DNA of 64,000 nt from Callorhinchus milii (Eukaryota). A program made the translations under genes and the position numbers. The stretch is from the NCBI RefSeq assembly GCF_018977255.1, contig NW_024704742.1, positions 248,001-312,000 of the forward strand, written 5' to 3'. Shown here piece by piece: positions 38,642-50,849 of the stretch; the stretch's first letter is position 1; each line of letters starts with the position of its first letter. The notes under the pieces are model-generated. The model was not told the DNA's origin, made no database searches, and saw only the letters and a program-made list of their open reading frames with translations.

Positions 38642-40106
38642 CTAAGAGATAGAGAGGAGACAGTAAAAGGAGATAACAGAGTGAAACATTTCCATGGTTC
38701 TCCACTGAACTCACAGCTGTGAAAGCTCAATTTTTCCAAATCTCTGTGCAGCTGTCTGACCTCCTGCCTCTGGGGATTCTCAAAGACGATGGCTGGCTCT
38801 GGGACGCTATGCTGCGTGAGGGGCACTTTATAAATGGAGGTTGTTGTTGTTGAACCAAAAATTGTCCCCCCAGGCAAACGCAACACTATGCCCCAACATT
38901 AATTACCAAAGCTGTCCACAAACCAAAGTATAAAGCTCACTCTCCATCACACTGTATGACGAAAGCTGCACTGTGCCGGAAGCGGTTTATAGCAAATTAC
39001 TGCAAATGAGGAATGAATTCAATTCTATAAAGTTTTGTTTTACAAGAAAAGAATGCTACGTTAATCAGGTCCCTCTTACTGCCATGCTCAATCCACTGTT
39101 CTGTGGTCCCAATCTTCGAACTGTAAAATAAACAACAATAACAACAAATTACACTTGTATAGCAACCTTCATGTCAGAACGACATCCCAAATAAAATAGA
39201 TAAAAAACTACCTCCAGGCCGTAACAGGAAGTTCACTCCTCTTGATGGGAATTCATTTATTAAAAAATTAAAAGCCAATTACTGTATTTAGAACCAATTG
39301 GCAATATGTTTCACATCCAGTATTCCATTGACTACGCATTTGCATGAGCAAAATAAATCTTCCTTCTCAGACGGTGGTTAACAGTTTGTTGGGCAAAGCA
39401 GAGAGGGCAGCAGATTTAGAAGCGAATTGGATATGTTTTATTAAACAGTTAAGCGGATTTGAAGCTTTGTGGTACAGGAAGAGTATTTCTAATTGAGACT
39501 GCACAGGTGGACAGGAATGCTTTTTTTAATCAGGTCTTGCAAGTTCCTATTGCTTAAATAAATACAATGTCAGTAGAGAGTAGAAAATTGTTATAACTAT
39601 TTTTAGCTGCAACTGTTTTCAATAAGCGATTCTTCAAACTCCAGCTTTTCTGATAGTCAATTGCCTCCTGGTGAGTGATTTGTACAAAGGAGCATTTCTA
39701 AGGCTAGTGAGCTGTGATCTACGATAAAGACTGGGAGTTAATTTCCTCTCAAAATGACGGCCTTATTCATTGACATGTTTGCAATGCACTCAGCCCAATG
39801 AACACAGTAAAGCACAAATGGAAAAAAAAGGAATGACGCTGTTAATGAGACTGCACTCACCCATCTTATAAAAAGTCAGATATATTCTCAAATATTTATG
39901 TATTGTCAAGCTATGTGAATCTGTTAGGGAACAATCTCTGGATAGCCTTCTTTTGCAGCTGTCTTACAGTGAGATATTGTGAAATATCTGCACCTGTCTG
40001 TTCCACATTTCTTATTTCCACATTTGATTCATGATCTCGCATAACTCGGCCACAGAAAAACATAGGACCAGGAGTAGCCCCCTCAGCCTATTCTGATCCA
40101 CTGATA

Positions 40107-40420
40107 AATAATAATAATCCTTGCATTTGATATAGTGCTTTTCACATCTTCTCAACGTCTCAAAGCGCTTCACGGAATATGCTGTAAAATGAATTGCCTA
40201 CATATTTGTGGGTGAAATGCAGCAGCCAATTGCGCACAGCAGTGTCCCACAAACAGTCATGGATTGAAGTGACCAATCTATTATTGTTTTTTTTCTTGAG
40301 GGATTATTATTAGGCGTGTGGAGTGAGAAAACTTGCCCAAGGTTTGGCTGTGCCGGGAATCGAACCCGGGACTTTCGCTTGTGAGGCGAGTGCTCTAACC
40401 ACTGAGCTACAGGACTCCAC
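40107..40420 (-). mobile_element. tRNA-derived SINE, full length, variant head
   Basis: Same body and tail; head reads TCGCCTCACAAGCGAAAGTCCCGGGTTCGATTCC. Confidence 0.9.
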
Positions 40421-40540
40421 AAATGATTAAATAATAATGAGGGTTTACCGTAAAATATCGTGATTGTGTATATTGCAGGCAAACGTGGTATCTGAACACT
40501 TCCATTTATGGCCATATTATCTAGCAGACAACAGACCTCG

Positions 40541-40745
40541 ACAACAACAACAACAAGATTGCATTTATAGAGCGCCTTTCACGTCGGGAGGACGTCCCAA
40601 GGCGCTGGACAGTTGGGTCGGGACCCGAGCATTGGGGGGAAATGGTCAGGGTGAGGGGAGGGAGGGAGCGAGGAGGGGGGGAAATGGTCAGGGTGAGGGG
40701 AGGGAAGGGAGGGAGCGAGGAGGGGGTAGAGAGTCGAGAGGGGAG
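40541..40745 (-). mobile_element. L2 3' UTR/tail with internal tandem duplication
   Basis: (CAA)n-GATTGCATTTATAGAGCGCCTTTCACGTCGGGAGGACGTCCCAAGGCGCTGGACAG; the GGAAATGGTCAGGGTGAGGGGAGGG unit is duplicated. Confidence 0.8.
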
Positions 40746-42299
40746 CTGAAGGCACGGTCAAACTCTTCTTTTTAAGTATAATAAGTGTGAGGGTAAATTC
40801 AAGCATCTGGGATGCTACCTTGTGTGGTGGGCGTGATATAAATGCAAGTTGTTGTTGTTTTAAATTGAAGTCTTTATACATTAATTAATCCTTCTATGTT
40901 TATGGCTTTGGGTAGCACCCTGTCACCCGGATCTCAATTATGTTGGAAAAAAGGTCGTAGTTCCCAACTTCTTCTGCTGGTTCTCAGAGGTGAATATACT
41001 CTGAAGCCATGGCATAGGTTATGTTTGAATCTGGTCAGTGCTACAACACGTAAATAATTCACCGATGCCTAAAATATTTTTAGTAGGTGCCTCCCTTACT
41101 CATGAGGTAATCCAAACTAGTGTTGACTCTCAAAGCCGTTACAAAGCCCTGTTAATAATAGATGCACTATGCACATCTTCTGCAATGAGAGGACACATAA
41201 TTGTGAAATATTCTAGTGGTAGCCACAGCTTCCTGATGCATTGTGTCTTTGCCTAGTTACGTTAGTGACATGTTACCTGGGGATAGAAATGTGTCTACCA
41301 TTATAAAGACACATGTGCCCCTGTTTAAGCCTCTGCTTCTCTCTGAACATCACAAGATCATAAGATTGGTTTGGATGAAGAAGAAGACCCACCCTACCAT
41401 CCTCCCATCACAGCATCTTAATAAATGAGTCTTAGCCTCAATCACCCAGGACATTCATGTGCCAAGCAATGCAATTTGAACCCATTGAACTGCTTACAAC
41501 AAGTAAATAGTCAAAATGGTCAACAGACTACAGTGAACTAGATATCTTGCAATTAAGAGCCCGACATTAACCTTACTTGCCGTATTACTTACGACAACCC
41601 CTTTACCTGAGTTTTCTTGAAGCCATGCTTTTGGAGGAAATCAGCTTCATTACCACTATTTTTTCAACACGTTTAATCTATGAACAGTGCCACAATAGAT
41701 AATTTATTATTACCAAAAAGAATGTATCAATTTTAGTTTTTAATTGAATTTTGCCAGTTGAAGTGAGGCTCTGGAACCCTGTTCCTCTAATTGAACGCTG
41801 CGGGTGGGATTGTGGTGAAGTGTAGTAAGTCCAGCAGTGCTGCACATAACAGATGCTCAGTTTTCTATGCCGTAAGGTGCGTTGTGTCAGGCAAATCTTT
41901 CCTTATACAGTAGTTAAACAGATTTGTTCTTCCAAACATATTTTGGGATTTTATTTGCACTGCATTGAGAAATATCATTATTCGTACAATTTATCTAGCA
42001 AGCAAGGCTGGTCATTATTCACTGTCATTTTCAGATAATACTCATTTCATGTTATGGCTGTATGTTATTCCAGATACAATTTGCCACTTTATGGAAGAAA
42101 CCAACAAACATTTTTTCCACATCTTGGTTACATTTTTGTACATTTTCTTTAATGAAAATGTTTTCTTATGGTGTTGTTGCAATTGTATTCAGGAAGTATC
42201 TGCCATAATCATAAGTACTCATTATTAACATTTATAATCTGATAAATATTATAAATCTATTATAAATGTTATTTTAAATATTTAAAATATTATTTATAA

Positions 42300-42620
42300 A
42301 TTGACTTGCAGAATGGGCAGATAGGTGCAGATGAAATGTAATAAAAAGGAAATGTGCATTGATTCATATTTGTAGGAAGAATAAAGAAGCTCATTATACT
42401 CTGTATGGTCGGAACCTGAGAAGTAGAAGAATAAAAGGATCTAAAGATTCAGATTCACAAGTCTTTAAAAGTATCAACACAGGTGGATAAGGCCATAAAG
42501 AATGCAAATATAATTCTTGGCTTTATGGTCCCGAGGAATGGAGTATAAAAGTAGGGAAGTAATATTAAATGTATGCAAAGCCTTGGTGTGACTGCATTTG
42601 GAGTATTATGCACAGTTCTG
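42300..42620 (+). mobile_element. CR1 RT fragment
   Basis: WA..WQM.CN-like, KDL.IQIHKSLKVSTQVDKAIKNANIILGF motifs. Confidence 0.8.
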
Positions 42621-44789
42621 ACAACCAACAACAACAAAAAGCTTCCAGCACAGTACGGAGGAGGGTCGGGAGGAGAGACCTGCGTTGTCAGAGGAGAAGA
42701 GATGAAACCTCAAACCCACAGTAAATCTAACAGGGAGTATTGGAGGAACTTCTTGACATCCAGAGGGTGATGAGAATGTGGATCTCGCTGCTGGAAACTG
42801 TGGTTGTAACAAAGAGTATCAGTGTATTTAAGAGGAAACTTGATACATATATGAGGGAGAAATAAATAAAATAAAATACAATACACAAAATACAATTTAC
42901 ATTGATATAGCTCCTTTCATGTCAGGAGGACATCCCAACCCACAATCACAGTATGGTCATTGCTTCTGAAATAGAGGGGAATAGGAAGGGTGGGGACTTG
43001 TGTGGAGTATATACTGGTATATTTATTATTTATTATTCATATTTATAATTATTTATATTAATTACATGGACTAGTTGGGTGAATGGTCATATCATGTTTC
43101 AGATATTGTTGGAATGATTACTTCTACCCCTTTCCAGCAATTCAATTGACTTTGCTGCAACTTTATAAATCATAATTTTTAAAAATCAAATGTAGGTTAC
43201 TGAAGAGTGGGTGTTAGCCTTCGTCTTCTGTTTCAAAATTGGCAATCCTGGGAATGTTAAAGATAGAGTAGGTCAATTAAATTGATTGTTTTTAAAAAAG
43301 AAAACTGCTACAATCATTAATGTTCAGGGATTGTCTGGTCTCAAAATGTTAATTAATCTTAATTATAGTCCCTTTTAAACAACGTCAGATAGAATAATAA
43401 TCCAAATACAGTGTTGATAGATCACATCAGTGCCGGTAACAAACCAAATGAGCGAACAAAGACTGATACAGTCAAGCCAGTTTACAATGCTTCACACTGA
43501 GTTTTAATTCATTTTCCTAGTAATTGATTGAATCGACAAAGTTCAAATTCAACCCTTCAGTGACTCATATATGTGTTTTTCCCCTTGTAATTAGTTTGCT
43601 GTTCTTTCTGCTTCTCTCTGTCTGTTGTGCATGTATCTACCTCTTTGACCAAACCCATGGGCACCTCCCCTGTCCTTCTCCATCACTGTGGAATACTCCA
43701 AGACATTAATTACCCTACGCTGTATGAATGTAAGGTATTGTTGCTCCAATCAGTTCTTCAATAAAATATAGTATAACTGTATTCTCTTACATGTTCAAAT
43801 TGTTTCTTAAATCTGTGTTGTTTTTGATAATATGCATTCATATATCAGTCGCTCACCCGTGGCATTTTTTTCATATGTAAGGCTAGATTGACCTGACATT
43901 TTGTCATTTTATGTTTTTATATTAGAATTGCACTCTGTCAGTTATTTATGTTTGCTCTTTGCTATTCAGTTTGTCGACACAACAAACTTGTAATCCATTT
44001 AGTTTGAGACTGTGTTGCAATGTTCACCTTTTCCAATGACTTGGGAGTTGAGAGATTTGAGACAAGAAATTCAGTATCAAAATACTAGAGTTAAGGCAAA
44101 TTATTAGCTAACAGACAAACATAAAAATGGTCGTATGCCATTTGATTTGTTGAACTGTCCCGCATTTCAGTCAAAAGCAACTCTCTTTAATTCTATTGAT
44201 CAGCCTTTCCATTAGTTTTCCTTAATATCAAGTATTGTTCATTCTTTTGAATGGCACGGTTGACCATCTATGACTTTCTGAGGCCGTCCATTCTATATTC
44301 TCATGATCCTCACTCTTTTTTCTGACGAGATATTCATCCTGCCTTTTCCTTAAATAAGAGTTAATCAACAATCCCCTGTCTGGCAGTCTATTCCACGTAC
44401 CTTAACTCAGTGAAGATAAATTTCCTAATCTCAAATCTTGTTTGGGGTTGTTCATGATATGGTCATGTTTCTATCTCTGGTTTTGACTTTATTGCTCATT
44501 CCTTAACATTAAAAAAAAGATTGTGTCTTCTCTGTCTTTGTTTCTCTTAGTTATAGGAGTCTGTCCTCATAATAACCTCCTAACTCAGAAGCAAAATGTC
44601 CCCGAATCATCTTTGCTCTTCTCTAAAATATTTCCAATGCACCAACAATGCTTTGAAAGTAAGGTGCCTAAAACTACACCCACACTCCAAATATTATTAG
44701 CTTCCTCTTTTTGGGAACTGTTCACTCGCTCCCACGTTTTACAGCAATTCCAATAAGTGGACCTTCGCTTTCACAACCCTATGATACGG

Positions 44790-45190
44790 ACTTGTGTTTT
44801 CTTATGAGAGTCAGTTCCATGGCAGACAGTTTACTCCCTCGCTTGGTCTAACTTTCAAATACTTCCACACCTTGCCTCATCCTACTTCTGTGATTTCCAG
44901 CAGTCCTGTCCCCCTGTCCACTCTGCTAACTCAGGTTTGCTTTGTGTCCCTTCATCCCAACATCAGGACTCTCTCTCCAAATCCTTTGACATTGCAACCT
45001 CTCTCTTTCTGCTTTCAAAGCCCTTCTAGACCTATCGCTTTAACTGCGCCTTTGATCACCTCCCTTCTCCACCATCCTCTCATCCTCCACCATCCTCTCA
45101 TACCCCACCTTGCTCAAGCTCCCATTTCATCTCTGTGAACCGCGAAGACATTTTCCTGTTTGAAAGACGCTGCTATATATAAGTGCTTCT
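44790..45190 (+). mobile_element. Old L2 3' fragment
   Basis: Pyrimidine-rich L2-like remnant ending GAAAGACGCTGCTATATATAAG. Confidence 0.55.
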
Positions 45191-46887
45191 TCTTACTGCG
45201 GATGTTGATGTCGCAGGAATAGAGAGATTTCAGAGGGTGTTGAAGTATAACATCAAAATTGTTTAGTACGCCTGTCACACTGTGCCCAGTAGTTCCTTTA
45301 TCTGCAAGCATTTGTGAATTAGCAGCTATCTTTAGACGGCTGGTCTGTGTGAGATGCAGTACCAGATTATGGAAAATAGGGAAATTGCTCGCCTTATATG
45401 TTTAATGATGCATACCAGTGAAATGCATGACAGTCGTCTCCAGCAAACAACATCCGTTCCCTACAATGAACTTATAAGTGTGCCTTTGGAGGAGATTAGG
45501 CAAGGTTGAGCAACAACCAGTGGTTTCCTTTCCTGACCAAAACAGGGGACTACTCTATCTTCTACATGCGAAGCACTTTTAGCATATATTTCCATTAGCT
45601 TTTATTTGGTATTTGCTTAAAATAGCATTTATGTCTGGGAACTATTACTGATTGTTTTATGATTTGTGTCATTGTTGCTTTCATTAAATCTGGTGCTAAA
45701 AGCTTTCAGAAGAGGACATCTGACTGTGACAAGGACATAGTCACTGGAGTATCTGAAATCCATTTGGCTACTTTCCTGTTAGATTTTAATTAAATGAACC
45801 TTTTCACTTCAGCTTGCAGAGCCCATACTCAGCTGAAATGAGCATCGTGTGAAGTTTCAAGGGGTTAGAGTGTTTAACCTTGAAAAATATCCATTCTGGA
45901 CATTCTCCAGAGCTAAGTATTGTACTCTAGAATATTTTTGTGACCCTTTGGTGATATTAGATCTGTCGCTCCTCTTTCTATTCAAATCAGCAATAAACTC
46001 TGTTTAATGGAATTGTGTTAGACAATCACAAACATTATTGTATGAGCACACAGCTTTCTGAAGGCTGTTTGAAATAAACTGTGATCTCTTTAGCTTTAAT
46101 GAAAATCTAGCAGCCAATGGCAGCTCACCTACAATGTTGAATATTTCTTCTTTTTCTAAATCAGCCAATGTGGAAAGAGTCCATAAATAATACATTTCTA
46201 AAAACTGAATAACAATTGCATTTCATTCAGAAATATTTCAACATGCTTCACAAAATGGGTTGCTTTGAAGTGTCGTACCTCTACACTTGTCAGACTCAGC
46301 CACTGTAAAGCGCTCCAGGACGCTAACCTGCGCGAAGGGCTCTATATAAATGGAAGTTGTTGTTGTTGCTGTTGACTCTTGTACGACCACTGTGAAGTGT
46401 GGAATTCTTAAGGGGAAAGAACTGCATTTGCGCAGAATTGTGGAAAACACATAAATTCATCCCTAATTTTGAAAGTGTTTTTATGAAGGCCTTAAAAAGA
46501 ACAATTTCCACATTCGGACGGCACTTAAACATTTTGTAACAATTCTGTAGAATCTAAAATTTTCAAACAAAATGTGGATCTGAACCCGGCTGATTTGGAA
46601 AGACTGTACATTCTCTCACCTGTTTGCTTTGTTTATTGCTACCTCACACTGTTTTGACATGACAAGCAATGAGTCTACCAGCGCCCATGTTTCAGCTTCT
46701 TCCTTGACAAGTTCCACCTTATCCACGGTTACCAAGCTTATTGGAACAGCTGGTTGCTGTTGCCCTTCAGCTCGGTCTCCTTCTCAAGCTATGGCTGATC
46801 TGCTACTGGTAGCTGCTGAAGAGCACGCAGTGAGTGATATAGTGATATGGAATACTATTTCAATTGCAGTCATTTTTTACGCAGTCG

Positions 46888-47360
46888 ATAGAATCCTACA
46901 ATACAGAAGGAGGTCATTCAGCCCTTTGTGCCTGTGCTGGTTCTTTGAAAGAGCTATCCAATTAGTCCCACTCCCCCGCTCCTTCCCCATAGCCATGCAT
47001 TTTTTTTTCAAGTATACAACCAATTTCCTTTTGCAAGTTATTTTTGAAGCTGCTTCCACTGCCCTTTCAGCCAGTGCATTCCAGATCGTAAAATTCTGTG
47101 CGTAAAAAAAAAAATCTCATCCCCCTCTGGTTCTTTTGCCAATTGTCTTAAATCTGTGCCCTCTGGTTACCGACCCATTGGCCACTGGAAACAGTTTCTG
47201 CTTATTTACTCTCTCAAAACCCCTCATAATTTTGAACACCTCTACTAAATCTCCCCTTAACCTTCTCTGCTCTAAGGAGAGCAATCCTAGTTTCTCTAGT
47301 CTCTCCACACACCTGAAGTCCCTCATCCCCGACATCATTCTGGTAAATCTCCTTTGCATC
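46888..47360 (-). mobile_element. CR1 LINE 3' end, well preserved
   Basis: QRRFTRMMSGMRDFRCVERLEKLGLLSLEQRRLRGDLVEVFKIMRG...TRGHRFK, then WNAL...EAAS and a 3' UTR with ATTCTAT-like tail. Confidence 0.93.
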
Positions 47361-48717
47361 CTCTTTTTATCTCGGGTCCTTGCTCCTCATCCCTATCCAG
47401 ACCGCCTGACTGTAAGGTGTGTAGGTTAGGGCATGATCAAGTTACCCTGTGATACTCTCTATCATTATATTTAGTCTCTGACATTTATTGTCCAGACATA
47501 CATATTAAGAGTTAAAGTGATGAAATGCAATTGGTAACAGTGGATCTGGTCTACAGCGTGACTCGGTTCCTTCTGAGGGAATACTGTCATATTTGGGGCA
47601 AAATAGGATTAACCTATGTCACCTTTCCATCCCTTAGTTTTCTACGTTTTTCTGTCTAAATGACATGTTGTTGCTGGGAGGGAGTGGACGGAAGCTAATC
47701 AGTTCCATTGCTATATATATGTACCTCACACTGTTGGGCAATGGTACAAAATGAGGTTTGGGGTCGGTAACGTTCTTCGTCTTTGCAACAAGAACAGAAC
47801 TACATGTCGACTCATATCAGTCCTGGTTCAAGAGGTAACGCCACCTCCACTCCAGCGCCTTCCACCCACTGTAACGATGCTATATTTAACTTAATGATGA
47901 TAAATGTTGGTCCACACTTCGTAACGCACGTCAATGACTGTCTGAATCACTTGGTGGCGCTCATTTTGAGAAGGAGTCCCACGGATGGACAGCTTAACGA
48001 GCGCCCACTTCATTTTAACTCGAGATTTATTTTTAAGATGAATGTTGAGATCTGCTGCTGAAGTCGGACCAAGTGATGCAACTGTATTGCAGCTTAATCT
48101 CAATGAACAATCGTCAGATCGTTGGAAACTGCTTTTTCATTAACTCAACTTTTTAACAGCAAAATATTGGATTATTTCTTTTTTTTAAAAAAAGTGTTTC
48201 ACACAAATCCCGCTGTGCATCATAACCAGTTTCCCTGCCCATCCACTCGGGGATTTGCTCCAGAGTAAAATTGCATCTATGGGATTAGTTCGAAGTTTAC
48301 TAAATACATAATCCAATTTAATTCCAACCCTTTTTTTTTCCCTGTTTGCTGTTTCTGAATCGGGTTCCTATGAACGAGAGCAAAGCTTAAATCAATGTTA
48401 GATTTTTTTTCGCGTGGGGTGGGGAGGGGGGTGGGGGGTGGGGGGGGGGGGTGGGGAGGGGGGGAGACAACACTCGCCGTGATTTATTTCAAAAGTTTTG
48501 CATTTAACCCAACATTGGGGAGACACACATTGCCCTCAAAACAAGCCCTACATCAGTAAATATTGTTTTGAGGTAAATTACCTTTGTCTCAACGTCCTTT
48601 AGTTCTTACAATTTCCTTCATTCTATTCGCATGAAATGAACAAAATGGGAAATGGATCAGGTAGTGAGGGGGGGGGGGGGGGGGTGAAATGGTTGTGATA
48701 AGGAATAAAGTACTTAC

Positions 48718-48869
48718 ATGGTGTAGGACTGATGGCCATGTAAATCCCTGTCCTCTGGTCCCAGACTGTGACAGTGTGATCCCAAGTCCCCATTCTCCTC
48801 CTTCCACTTCTGACGGATTTCCTCCTCACAGAACGACACTCTTCTCTGTCTCTTCGCTTCCTCTGACAT
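48718..48869 (-). CDS. TRPC3: TRPC3 coding exon 1 (MSEEAKRQRRVSFCEEEIRQKWKEENGDLGSHCHSLGPEDRDLHGHQSYT + AT)
   Basis: ATG at 48869, 50 open codons plus 2 nt, strong donor AT|GTAAGTA. Phase 2 joins exon 2 in frame. RVSF, WKEENGDL and RDLHGH resemble the recalled mammalian TRPC3a N-terminus (RVTF, WRGVNGGL, REPHGY). This frame is not in the ORF track. Confidence 0.8.
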
Positions 48870-49100
48870 TCGGGCGACTGAGCTCTTCCCTCCAGATATA
48901 TATATACAGAGAGAGAGTGTGTGTGCGTGTGGGGGGGGGGGGGGGGGGGGAGGATTAATCAGGTTTCACTGAGCAGCCAAAGGCTCAGTGCTGTACTCGC
49001 TGCAGTGGGATTTCGGGATGGGTTGTGCCAATATACTCTGCCTCTTGTGACTGGCGCAGAGGAGACAGAGTGACTGACACTGGCCAAGCCCAAGGCTGTC
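48870..49100 (-). promoter_or_regulatory. Probable TRPC3 5' UTR / proximal promoter
   Basis: Immediately upstream of the exon 1 ATG; contains TATATATA, GA/GT repeats, a poly-G run and an 8-bp stem CACTGAGC/GCTCAGTG (48967-48990). The TSS cannot be determined. Confidence 0.4.
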
Positions 49101-49101
49101 C

Positions 49102-49637
49102 ACAACCAAACAGCCAACCAACCAGCCAGCCAACCAACCAACCAAACAGCCAGCCAGCCAACCAACCAGCCAGTCAACCAACCAACCAACCAAACAGCCA
49201 GCCAGCCAACCAACCAGCCAGTCAACCAACCAAACAGCCAGCCAGCCAACCAACCAGCCAGTCAACCAACCAACCAGCCAGCCGGCCAACCAACCAGCCA
49301 GCCAGCCAACCAACCAACCAACCAAACAGCCAGCCAGCCAACCAACCAGCCAGTCAACCAACCAACCAACCAAACAGCCAGCCAACCAACCAACCAGCCA
49401 GTCAACCAACCAACCAACCAACCAGCCAACCAACCAGCCAACCAACCAGCCAACCAACCAACCAGCCAGTCAACCAACCAACCAACCAAACAGCCAGCCA
49501 GCCAACCAACCAGCCAGTCAACCAACCAACCAGCCAGCCAGCCAACCAACCAGCCAGTCAACCAACCAACCAACCAAACAGCCAGCCAGCCAACCAACCA
49601 ACCAAACAGCCAACCAGCCAACCAACCAACCAGCCAG
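49102..49637. repeat. Complex tetranucleotide satellite (CCAA/CCAG/TCAA/CAAA)n, about 535 bp
   Basis: Directly visible; the source of the W/L/V/G-rich and Q/P/T/N-rich spurious ORFs. Confidence 0.97.
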
Positions 49638-50397
49638 CTCCCACTGACAGACACAGGTAAACAAACCACAGGGGAAGCCACTGGGGCTTGGCCAGGCTCA
49701 CATGTCCCAACAATCGAAGAAGACACAACCAACAAGACTTGTCAGGGATGAAATCATCTGGAGAGAGAGAGGGGGGGGGGAAGGAGATTGCCCTTGAAGA
49801 GAGGGGTAGAGAGAGGGGGTGGGGGGCTCCTTGCCTTGCTCACTGCAATATCAATTAACTGGGAAACACACAGATCTCCAAACTATAGCATCTGTTTATT
49901 CTATAGGGGATTTCAAACGAGTCCTGTTTTATTAAGGGAGGGAGGGAGGGAGGGAGAGGAGAGGAGAAAGATTGTCCAGACTGTGCAGTAAAGCAAAATA
50001 ATTTAGTGCCTAAAGAGACTGTTGCAGGAGATTGTAAATCAGATTGAGAATAAGCGTCCGATCGATATGATTCATCACTTAGTGAAACCACTGGAGCAAA
50101 TTGAACCAAACCCCGGAAAAGCTTCGTATCCCAGAGATATAGCGTTCACAATAAAAGTTTAAATCACAGGGAAATCGCTGATCAATTGCAATCACAAATC
50201 CCAGTGATCGATAGGTGAAGCTATCGGTGGGGAAGGAGAGGGGAGAGAGAGGATAGCACTGGGTCAGGGTTAGCCAGAGGTACCCACTGTCCCCTAAACA
50301 TAATGGGGGTAACAGGGGGCATTGGGTTCACATCTGGAAACCAATCAGAAAACCCAATCCCAATAAAAAGAGGGATGGAGGGTCAGAGCTGTTTGAC

Positions 50398-50526
50398 TTG
50401 GTGTGTGTGTGTGGGGGGGGGGGGGGGGGGGTGTGGTGTGGGGGGGAGTGTGTGGGTGTGTGTGGGGTGTGTGTGTGTGGGGGGGGGTGGGGTGTGTGGG
50501 GGTGGGTGGGGGGGTGTGGGGGGGTG
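50398..50526. repeat. G/GT-rich low-complexity repeat
   Basis: (GT)n interspersed with poly-G runs. Confidence 0.9.
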
Positions 50527-50849
50527 TTAGCAACAGTGCATTGATCCAGGTGAGGGATATACATGTCTGACTGCGGGATGCACCGACTTGCACTTGGTTC
50601 AGGGTGACACCAGGATCACCCCCAGAGGTCAGTGAGTGCGCGGCACCAGATAGAGACAGAGACAGACAGAGGGCAAACCTCCTCCCGTGGGTCCCACTTC
50701 CCTCACAGTTAACACATCTCACACACAGTGCAGAGAAGGAAATGGGGCTTCCAGTTCTTGCTGATTGAGCGCAGCATAAACTGCGCTCCTGTACCAAAGT
50801 CATTAAATGGCACTGTGTCTTCCACCTGTTCTTGGGGTCTGGCAAACAT

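Noticed and set aside
38642..38886. In-frame 5' extension of the 347-aa ORF upstream of exon 2
   Set aside because: No ATG, includes an L2/SINE tail (TTTTSIYK), and a strong acceptor sits at 38642; this is intronic read-through.
46629..47105. 158-aa plus-strand ORF
   Set aside because: Antisense to CR1 fragments (LVDSLLVMSKQCEVAINKANR on the minus strand, and the CR1 3' UTR).
48959..49735. Long ORFs rich in W/L/V/G or Q/P/T/N
   Set aside because: Translations of the stop-free tetranucleotide satellite.
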